64,000 nt of DNA, from IMG/VR virus record IMGVR_UViG_3300014680_000032. One strand, written 5' to 3'. The position numbers and the translations under genes are program-made. Under the pieces are notes generated by a model. It did not search any database and was not told the DNA's origin. It saw only the letters and a list, made by a program, of their open reading frames with translations. Source of the DNA: an uncultured virus (IMG/VR IMGVR_UViG_3300014680_000032). Lineage: Duplodnaviria; Heunggongvirae; Uroviricota; Caudoviricetes. Position 1 is the stretch's first letter. Each line of letters opens with the position of its first letter. Positions 48,030-59,000 of this stretch are shown here, piece by piece.

Positions 48030-48665
48030 TCTAATCCGATTTTACTAAATCAGCTTAAACAAGATTACATTGCTCTACAGCAACTTGGTTCACCATTATT
48101 AGCGTGTCAGGGGATGTTTGTTCCTCGTGGCATGGAAGACCTTCGCTTCTTATTTAAAAGTTGCCCACGGCCAATTGTGAGTAATGAAGATCCAGCAGAA
48201 GTTCAATATGCGGGTGGATTTACTGGAATTGTTGCTGGTCCCCCGAAAACCCATTACACAGGCAACCTTCAAATCCTAGTAACTGAAGCAGGGCATGATC
48301 AACTATTAGCTGAATATGTCGTAGCTAGTGGTGGAATCATCCATGGTGATTATTACGATGGCCGTTTAGGTAGTTTTACCCGTTCTTATGCACTTGAAAA
48401 CTGTGCTATACGCTTTGAGTCAGCTGAGTATGATTCAGATAGCCGATCTCAAGTTATGACAGTTTCTTGCCCAATCGACTATAACTACTTTGGTAGCTTC
48501 GCAAACATTGGTACCAACGGCAGTATTCAGCCGGGTAAAAAAGAAATTGATGGTACAGCTGAACTTGTGAATCGCGTTCAGCAGGTAATCAATACTGCTC
48601 AACAAGCTGTACGCAACTCAACGATTAATGCGACATCACGTACATTAGGCAATCTTTTCGGGTAA
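48021..48665 (+). CDS. Tail tube or tube-like baseplate protein
   Basis: Size, beta-rich pattern and position. Confidence 0.55.
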   Translation: MQQSNPILLNQLKQDYIALQQLGSPLLACQGMFVPRGMEDLRFLFKSCPRPIVSNEDPAEVQYAGGFTGIVAGPPKTHYTGNLQILVTEAGHDQLLAEYVVASGGIIHGDYYDGRLGSFTRSYALENCAIRFESAEYDSDSRSQVMTVSCPIDYNYFGSFANIGTNGSIQPGKKEIDGTAELVNRVQQVINTAQQAVRNSTINATSRTLGNLFG

Positions 48666-49114
48666 TGGCTATGAAGTTATTACCTGAATCTGAAGGGTAT
48701 GCTGTAGTTGCTGGTTCTATCCAGCAACTTTCAGAAGAACTCTATAAAGAATATCAATTATCGGGCTATTCAATTTTGCTTGATGATATCGTGAAAGCAT
48801 TTTTAGATGAGGCAAAATATTATGCCGGATGGGCTGTTTTAGATTGTCAAACTAAAGCTACCACGAGTATTGAACTGAATGAAACTATCGAACTTAGCGG
48901 TGATGAGTACGTAATCATCCAACCTTTAGTAAAAGCTCACTGTGATCTTTTGCAAGCTAGATTGGTTGAAGCTACTCGTGGGCTCGGAGTCGAAAGTTAT
49001 GGGCTATCTGTATCAGAAGCTCAACAGAACTATAATGAAAAGAAAGACGCTTTGCCTAAACTTGCGTTTTGTATGGCCCCAATGAGTTTTAATTTTAACT
49101 TGGGGAACCGTTAA
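48665..49114 (+). CDS. Structural protein (adaptor-like)
   Basis: Coupled late ORF. Confidence 0.5.
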   Translation: MAMKLLPESEGYAVVAGSIQQLSEELYKEYQLSGYSILLDDIVKAFLDEAKYYAGWAVLDCQTKATTSIELNETIELSGDEYVIIQPLVKAHCDLLQARLVEATRGLGVESYGLSVSEAQQNYNEKKDALPKLAFCMAPMSFNFNLGNR

Positions 49115-50007
49115 TGCAAATCACCATTGTATCTGCGGGTAAAATTATTCCAGCGTCTGAGCTGATTAGTGCAACTTTAAGAACTGATCTCGTACCTATT
49201 CCCGCATCTATTGAGTTCACAGTTCAATCTACTACTGAATTAGACTCCCTTTTAAAAGAAGGGGAGCTACTTACTGTAAATGACATATCTCATCCTTTCG
49301 AACTTATCAAAGTTACCCCTCTAAAAACTCAGACTATTAAACAAGATCGGCGAGTAGGTGGCATCTCATGTATTGGTATTTTGGCTGGTTGTAAAAGACT
49401 TATCGAATATTCAAAGCAAGCAATTATTAGTAATGAAACTTCTTTTAATTCAGTAATTCGAGCTTGTGGTGCAACGATCAGTCTGGGCAGTGATTTACCT
49501 TTGCCTAAATTTGTTTGTTTAAAGGGTAGTATGCCTACACAGCGCTTGGCTCATTATCTGCAACAAGAAGCAGCTGTAATTTGCTTTCAAAATAATAAAG
49601 TGTCTGCTCAAAAAATTGATTCTTTCTTCAAAAAGGAACCTATCACAAAACTAGATCCTAGCAGTGTCGTTTGGATATCAAGTAAACCTTTGGAACTGAT
49701 GCAAAAATCATCTTTTGTCACAGTTGAGAATAACGGTTCAACGGTTGTTGGTGATGACTCAATAACCCCAGGCCACACTGTGACGCAAAGAGCTGGTTTA
49801 GATGCCCGACAAGTCAAAAACTTGGAAAAAGTTTTGATTATGCGTGGGACCATTATTAGACCACTAAATTTGAACTGGAATGCAGGCGATATATTTGAAA
49901 TAGATAGTAAGAAGTATGTCGTTTTAACTGCTGCACATCATATAGATACAGGCGCAATCGGGGGATCAATGGGGACTTCATCAAAGTTCTGGATTGCTAA
50001 TTTGTAG
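49114..50007 (+). CDS. Baseplate hub protein
   Basis: Immediately precedes the spike gene. Confidence 0.6.
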   Translation: MQITIVSAGKIIPASELISATLRTDLVPIPASIEFTVQSTTELDSLLKEGELLTVNDISHPFELIKVTPLKTQTIKQDRRVGGISCIGILAGCKRLIEYSKQAIISNETSFNSVIRACGATISLGSDLPLPKFVCLKGSMPTQRLAHYLQQEAAVICFQNNKVSAQKIDSFFKKEPITKLDPSSVVWISSKPLELMQKSSFVTVENNGSTVVGDDSITPGHTVTQRAGLDARQVKNLEKVLIMRGTIIRPLNLNWNAGDIFEIDSKKYVVLTAAHHIDTGAIGGSMGTSSKFWIANL

Positions 50008-50016
50008 GTCAAATAT

Positions 50017-53000
50017 ATGAATGGTTTAAAACGTGCAAAGATTTTAAGTTACAACGCAAAAGGTCGTACTGCACAAGTACACATTCATGGTTTAACTGAT
50101 GGCGCGAGTGAAGGAATTACAGCAACTTTTGCTTATCCAGTCGGCGATAGTGATTTAGATACAGAAATTCAAATTGTGGATGGGGAAGACGTCTATGTCT
50201 TCTTTGAAAATGGTAATGAAGAACGTCCAGTAATCCATAGTTATGTCAGTCACGGAGACGGCGCGATTGTAGGTGTGCGCCGTATTCGACAAGACAATAT
50301 TGAATTTATCTCTAAAGAAAATTTAAAAGTAGATTCTGGCACAACCGTTTCGATCAAAACGCCGTTAATGAATGTACAAGCTAATACTCAACAAACTGGT
50401 AATAGCACATTAACGGGAAATAGCACTGTAGTGGGTAATACTTCAGTTGCGGGCAATAGTGCTGTAGCGGGTAGTATGGCAGTTGGCACAACGCTTACGG
50501 TTGCAGGTGTGCCTATTGACCCTAAAGCTATTGAGGGTGCATTTAAAGATGCTCTTAATAAATTAGAAAGTTTAAAGGAAGAGTTAAAAGAACAAGGCGA
50601 AAAAATTGATGAAACTAAAGATCAAGTAAGCCAAGAGATTGATGAAAAAATAAAGGAAGTAGAAGAATTAATAGAAAATATTAAAGATTCTGATGCTTTT
50701 AAATTGCTTGAAGAAGGAATGAAACATTTTGATGAGGAAGTTCAAAAGATTCATGAACAAGTTAAAGAAGTTAATCAGATCGCTCAAAATAAAGTCGATG
50801 AAGTTCGTGCTTATATAGATCAAGAAATAAATAATACTAAATTAATTGTAGATCAACATAATAATGAGGCTAATCTACGATTGGATGAAGCCAATCAACG
50901 TATCGATCAGTCTATTCAAGCTAATGAAGCATTGGTTGCTGATGCTCAACAACGTGCAATTCGTGCTGAGAAAGAACTCGATGATAAAATCGGTTTTATT
51001 AAAAGTGAAACAGATTCAATCATTGCTGATGTAAGAAGTGATTCAAATGAAATTCGGTTAGTCGCAGAAAACGCAAAAAAAATTGCGGATCAAGAAGTTC
51101 TGGACCGTAAAAAACAAGCAGCTGACACACTAAATGTTATTGATCAAACTAAGGCCACCTTAAAACAAGACATTGATCAAAACTTAGTTAAAGCTGGTCA
51201 AATGATTGATGACGCTAAATTAGCATTAGGTGAAGAAACTAATACACTCATTAATCAAAAAATTGAACCGGTTGTAACCCAAACTGAAGCTGCAGTTAAA
51301 AAAGTAGATCAAATTGCAGCTCAGTATATTGATCTTGATAAGAAAGTTGATTCTGGTTTTCTAGCTGAAGCTGAAGCACGTGCAAATGATAAAGAGGCTT
51401 TAACTCAAAGTTTTGAGCTTAAGTTTGCTGAAATGCAAAACGAATTCGGTAAGTCAAACGCTCTAATTTCAGAAGAAATAAAAACTCTAGCAGCTCAAGA
51501 TAAAGCGTTTACTGAGCAAATTAGCACCGCACAATCACAAATTGGTGACAACAAAACTGCTATTAACAAAGTCGAACGTACTGTAAGTGATTTGAATCAA
51601 TCTATTGCTGAGAAAACCTCACAAATTGAATCTACTCTTAAAAACTCACAAGAACAAATAGAAGGTAATGCCGCAAACATCGAAAAAGTAGAATCTTCAG
51701 TGAAACTTGTTGATGAGAAGGTTGTTTCAGAAGCAAAAAAACTTGAAGAACTAAAAACTGACTTTAATTCGAATAAAACTAAAACAGAGTCGGATATAGC
51801 AACAATTGCTCAAACAGTTTCTGATGGTGATAAAGCCTTATCTTTACGTATCGACCAAACGAAAGCAGCTTTGGAAGAAGCTGATCGGAAATCTAATGCA
51901 AATATTTTAGAAGTTACTGAGTCACTTACCGAGTTGGAACAGTCTACTGCTTCGAAATTTAGTGAACTTGATACAAGTATCTCTAAAGAAAACTTAAAGG
52001 TACAAGGGCAAATTACTGATGTTCAAAAAAGTGTTTCGACCTTAGAAAGTAATACAAATACAAGCATAAATGGCCTTTCATCATCACTTAAAACTACTGA
52101 TGATCTTGCAAATCTGGCTTTTGATAATGCAGCAGAAGCGCAGCAAACAGGAACAACGGCGGTAAAAGCTACCGAAGCCCTTTCTCAAAATTTATTAAGT
52201 CTAAAATCTCAAACACAAGTAACTTCTGGGGTACGTGCAGTCGTTACGACAAAAGGTATTGATGACTGGACACGTTGGCGTACCACTGCAGAAGCGAAAG
52301 TAATTCAAGATTCTGATGCACTAGGTGGTTATATTCTTGAGCTTGGGAATAATGCTGATAATGATGAAACATGGGTTCATTGGAATGAGTTTGTAAAGAT
52401 TAACCCAGATACACTTTATCGGGTTCGTGCACGTTTCCGCCGTGTAACCGGTGAAAATGGATCTATTTATCTTGGTGTTGCATGCAAAAATGCAGACCAA
52501 AGTAAATACGTAACGACTACAAACACCCTTGCAGGAGATATGGGTTCTTCTAACTACTTATTGTCGGCCATTAAACCTAATTTAGGTGAGTGGCAAGAAG
52601 TAGTTTTATACATGAAGGGTAAGTCTACTGGGGCAGCAACTGGCTTAGGGACAATTGATAATCCGCGTACCTTCCCCGCGCAAGCTGAATTTTATGCCCC
52701 AATCTTTATTGCAAACTACAACTTCCAGACAGGAATTTGTCAGCTTAATTACATTATTGTTGAAGATAACAACTCATTAGCATCAGCTAATGATGCAACT
52801 GCAACAGCAAATGATTTATTCAAAACAGCAACTAACAGAACAGAAGCTGAAGCTGAAAGGACCAGTAAGCTTGAAACAAGAATGCAGAATGCAGAAACAG
52901 GTATTCAGAGCAATGCTCAAGCTTTATTGAAAACAGCTACAAAGAGTGATCTCGAAAGTGCAATGGGCCGTGTATCGACTGATATAACAGCTGCTGTAGA

Positions 53001-56000
53001 TAATTTAAAAATCGGTGGTGTTAATGCTGTTGCTAATTCAGAAGCTCCTAGAACATCGACAGCTACAACAAGTCGTGAATACTTAATGTATGAACGAAGC
53101 AAAGAGTTAAAAGTTTTTTATGACGAAAACTTAGATAAGCCGGTTACCATTTCATTTGAAGTGAGTGTACCTGTTGCCGGTTCGGTTCAGGTTTACTCAT
53201 CTAATGGTTCTGCCCACTTTTTCACAACTTCAGTTACAGTAACTAAAGCAAATGAATTTCAAAAATTTGCAGTGACGGTTTTTCCTAAATTAAACACTGA
53301 CAGTTCAACTGAATCTACAATTGAGTTTTACGGTACATATGGCTCAGGCCGAATTCCAACAATTCAAAAATTACAGATCGAAGCCGGCAATAAACCTACA
53401 GCATGGAGCCCAAGCCCTCGGGATACGCAAAGCTCATTAAATGCTAATGCAGAAGCGATTAAGATCACTCAAGCGGAAGTTAAGAAGCACGGCGAAACAT
53501 TGTCTTCTCAAAGTTTAGATATTTCTAAGCTTAGAAATGATCTAAATTTAACTAATAATGAAGTAAATAAAAAGGCTTCGTCAGAAGCATTGGAAGCAAC
53601 GAAATCAGATGTAACAGAACAAGCTGGACAGATTAAAGCAGTTACAGAGCAAGCAACAGCACTCTCTGCAAGTTTGAGTAGAGCCGCAGCTGCTGGTTCG
53701 AATTTGCTTATCCAGTCAAATGTTGCGGGTAAATATAACGGAACTTCATATCCTCATCTTTCATATAAGCTAGGCGAGGATTGGGAGGTAGGCGCAAAAT
53801 ACACTTTAATGTGGTGTGCCGAACATCAAAGAAATGGTGCGGATACAAACTCTAATTTGGCAGTTTATGCTGGGGGAGGTCAGCAAGCCTTACAATCCGT
53901 TGTTAATACAAATGGCAAAGTTATTAATAAAATAACCTTTGTTAAAAATAATCAAGTTATTGAAAAACGTGCTTTAAATTTTTACATGATTAACAGTCCT
54001 ACTGCTGCTCAAGGTTCAGTCGGAACGGTTTATTGGGCAGTGCTTGTCAGGGGTGACTTAATCACTACTGAATCGTGGATCCCCAGTGCTTATGACTACA
54101 ACGCTGCAGTAGACCAAGTTAATGCAAACTTTAATGATTTCAAACAAACATATGTGACTGAAAAGGAGGCACTAACAAAGAGAACATCAAGTCTTGAAAC
54201 TGGACTTTCAAATGCTGAAAAAAATATCGACAACACCGCAAAAGCACTGCAGAACTATGCAACCACAGCAAAGTTAGACGAAGCTACAGCAAATCAAACT
54301 AATCAGCTTAATGCTCAAATTAAAAATGTTAAAGCATCTATTGAATCTGCTAACGATAGTGACTCTTTACTGCCAGATTTTAATTTAAAAAATCCTGACG
54401 ATTGGATTAATTACTATAGTTATGATTTGAAAATCCACTTTAAAACAACAATTACAGGAAAAGTTGGCAATACCGTATTTAGAAAAGATTCATCGAATCA
54501 AGCAGGATGTTGGATATATAGCCGCAAAGCTTTACCGACAAATCGTTCTTATAAAGTTAGCTTTTGGGTTCGCCGAAGTGCAGATTCTACAGGTGATTGC
54601 AGCATTACGGCTATGTATGGCAAAGCAGATGGTAGTTTTTCAAATGCTACAATCACTGCATCAGTGATTGCTTTAAATAGAATTCCAGCAAACGAAGAAT
54701 GGGTATATATCGAACAGGTTGTAACTTTTAATACTCATACACAAATGAAGTTAGGTTTTGCACTTGGACACAATGGCAGTGGCGGTTGGTGGGAGTTACA
54801 AGCTTATCGGGTAAATAGCGTTTTAACAGACAAAGATGTAGACACATCACTTGTTCGCGCTACACAACTACAAAATTATTCGACTACTGCTGACACCAAT
54901 AAAGCTGTTGCCACAGCTACAGATGCCTTGGAAGCAAAATTTAAGCAGAAGTTCGGGAATTTATGGACAGATAGTTCAGCAACACTGGATAGCACCCGTT
55001 ATACAAAAGCAGAAACAAATAAAGCTATTGCTGAAGAAAGTAAAATTCTAAAAGCAACAATTTCGTCTAGTGGTGGAGACAATTTAATCAAGAATGGTGA
55101 TTTCTATGCGCCTTTTTCAATCTCTAACTGGCGTCAGAATGCTGGTGTTGAAGGTAATGTTCTAGAAGTTTTTAAGGATGCTTATGGCGCAAACTGGGGG
55201 AGATTCCGCTCTACGAATTCGTCTACTTATTTTAAAGGTTTTATAGAGTCAATTACGATAGCTGATGGTTTAGAAATTAATCAAACCTATACGTTGTCAC
55301 TTAAAGCCAAAGCTCTAACTGCAGCACAAAAAACTTTGCTTTTAATCATCCATAGATATGATGGTACTGGTAATAACCAGGTTGTTAATGAATGGAATAT
55401 TGCAACAGATAAAGAAGTATTATGTACTTATACTTTTGATACAAATATCAACAACTTACAATATATTAATATTATCCTATGTGCTCAAGTAGGGTATGCT
55501 CCTGATTTCTTAATTCGTGAAGTTCAATTAGAGAAAGGCGAGTTAGCAACAGGATTTAGAAAAAATCCTCGTGAAATTGAGAAAGGTTTAGAAGCTAATT
55601 CATTAGCAATTACAGGCACTAAAACAGATGTTCAGAAAAATTTAGAAAAGATCCAAGTACTAACTGAAAATTATACAACTCTTAAATCAACTGTTGATAC
55701 GAATAAATTAACAGTTGATGGGAAGTTTCAGGAAATAAACTCTACAATTAGTGATAATCAACAAAATATAACCCAATCAATTAATAGCTTGGATTCTAAT
55801 TACAAGCAGTTAAATCAAGATCTAGGACAAGTCTTTAATTACAGAGTTTATTCTTCAGGCTGGAATAATGATTTTACTGGAATCAAGAACTTAAAAGGTG
55901 AGACTATATCTGTAGCTTCTAACCGCGGCTTTTCTGTGCATGTTTTAGCAGCAGATGGCTCGATTGCAACCTCTACGAGATACGATACATATGCTGACCC

Positions 56001-59000
56001 AGCTAATGCAGTAGCAATGAGTAATGCAATTCAGTCATTACCTCAAAATACTTTTGTGATTATCACTAACTATGATTACATTGCAATGAATTTGAATAGT
56101 GTAAAACCAGCATTACTTTCATTAGGCGCAAATCAATTTACTCTAGATCAGATTACAGGCAGAGATGCTTATATTTTAATTGGGCAGAAGGGAATCGGAG
56201 CGGGAAGAGGTATTGAACTTCATGCAACTCCTGACTCTGGTCTGAATGGCGCAAAACAGATTATGGTTGCTGTTCAGGTCGTTAGTGGTATTCCATTAGG
56301 ATTAGCTAATAACAGTGGTAATTTGCAAAAAGTTTTGGAAAATCATGCTCAAATTTTAAGTCAAAAAATTACTCGATCTGATGCTAAAGAAGTATTTGCA
56401 GAAGAAATAAAATCCTTTTCAGCAAAACTAGATACTATTCAATACGCAGAAGATAATTGGATTTTATTAGGTGATGAAACTAAAACATTAAATGTTTCAA
56501 CAGGCACAAATCAAACTTTTCCAGTCTGGGAACTACAATATAAAATTAAAGAACTACCAATCGCTAAAGGTGATCCTGTAGTTATACGAATCAAATATAA
56601 TGCTTCGGCAGGTCTAATTGGTGCAGTTTGTACCATCCAATTTCACGGCGCGGTATATGGGCTTGGTTTACCATTATTTACTGTTCAAGCAAGTGGAGAA
56701 TTAGAATTAACGGGGATTTTTCCAAGTGATGTAAAAGCTACGAATTTTGAATTTGTTCCTCTGGGTTTACGATTTGATAATGCTCCTTCAGCGGGCACAT
56801 TTTCAGTTTCGAATATTTTCATTAGCCGAGGAAATTCTGCTCCTAATTTCAAAGGAGGCTTTAAAACTACTCTTAAACAAAATGCGAAATTTGTTGAAGA
56901 TACATTTATCAATGCTGATGTTAACAAAGGTGTTATTGCACAACAAATTCAGCATTATGACGCTTCTGTACCAGGTGGACTTTCAACGGTATTAAAAACT
57001 ACTAAAGCAGCAGCGGATCAAACATCAAAAGATTTAATTAATCTTCGTAATAATGATATTACTCAGCTCCAAACAAGCACCGACAATCTGGGTTCAGCAT
57101 TAGAAAATACAACTAAGCTTGCAATGATGATTACTAACGGTAAGTTGCTTTACGGTGATGTAAATTTCAAGAAAGGAATGAACAACGTCGGCACTTACAA
57201 CAATCTTCAGAATGGTACAGTTAGTGTTACTCGTGAAGTTAAAAGTGCTGACAATCCGACCACTTCAACTCATGAGGTTAGAATCGTTACAACTGGTTCA
57301 GCAAGCCCGAATTTCGGCGGTTTTCATCAACAGTTTTTCACACGTTCAAATGCTATTTTTATCATTAAATACCTGATTAAATTACCTATCGGCTACAAGT
57401 TATATCCTGCAGCAAATTTAATGGGCGATGGATCAGTAGATAAATTCATTGGTAGCACTGACGGGACGGGGAGATTTGAAGTTTATGTTCGTATGGTTAA
57501 ATCCGGTGCCACCGGAATATTCGATACTTCTGGATTCGTACATGTAGCGGGTGGACCAGCCCCAACACCTGAAAGCCCTCTAATCTGGACTTTAGCTCAA
57601 ATTGAATGTTATGACGTAACTGACTATGCATCTGCAGATCCTAATTTACAAGATTTCGTTTCTACAGCTACAGAATCATTAGGGACATTAACTAATTTTA
57701 AGGAAACATGGGCAAGTAAACTTACTGAAATGTCTTCTAAATTGGATAGAACAAATAGTGCATATATTCTTAATTCTGACCTAACTAATACAAATATTGA
57801 AAGAGCTATTGCAGCAGCATCAACTCAACTTAAAGCTGAATATATTGTTCCTTTGCAACAAAGTACAGAGAGCCTAAAAGAGAACATTGTTACTAACGTT
57901 GATTTAACTGCATTAAATCCTGATATTTATTATCCGGTTATTCTTCAGTTAGCAGCTATTAAACAAAGATATGACTTTAAGGTTTTCTGTACTTTAGGAA
58001 ATCAAGGTAATAATAATGTTCCTTGGGCAACACATTATACCCGCACTTTTAGTTTAAACTGTGAGTGGAGTGTTACAGCGAACGGCTGGGGAACTCAAGC
58101 AGAAAATAGAATTATTGATAAGTTCTCTTTTAGCTGGACTGCACAATCACCTTTAATAAACATTAAACAAATGCCTAACTCTTCAATTGAAACTGTCTTT
58201 TTACGGGGTGGGGCGAGATATGATATATCACACTATAAAACGATTACACCACTTATTAAAACTGAGTCTTTCACAGCTTTGGGACAATCTATTGAACCAA
58301 TTCAATATAATTCGTCACTTGTACCAGTACCAATTTTTGCAGAAATTGTAAAAGCTCAAGACACAGCTGCTGCAGCATCTAGAACAGTTGCTGACATACA
58401 AAGAGATTATGTGACTTCTTCAAAATTGAATGAGGCAGTTGCTTCATCCAATGAAAGATTATCAGCCCTCTATTCAGCAAATAGCCAAACCATTATGGCG
58501 TCTGCTTTGCAAACTTTTGAGAAAGATTGGATTAACAGAACGCCTAGCGGCTCAAGAATAGGAATGCGTTTAATTGAAGATCAAACTTGTCGTGGTGGTT
58601 ATGCATTACGAATGGGAGATAATTCAGGAAACGATGAAGTATGGTTGAATTGGTTTTCTACCTTACCAATTGATGATAATAAGATGTACCGGATTAAATA
58701 CCGCTACAGAAGAGTGTCAGGTGCTGGTGTCGTTTATGTGGGGGCCACCTGTTTTAATGCCGCAAAAACTGCATTTATTACAGACGCTAATTACATTAAT
58801 GGAGATATCGGCTCAAGTCATTATGTGGTGGGTGGCGCTGCACCTGCCTTGGGTACATGGGTGACGGGTGTTGCTTATTTCAAAGGTAGATCTGCTGGTG
58901 CAAGTAGTGGGGCTGGAACGCTTACAAACCCCAGAACATTTGCAAATAAAGCAGCTTTCTTTACTCCTGTTTTTATCGGCAATTATGCAGCTCAAGCAGG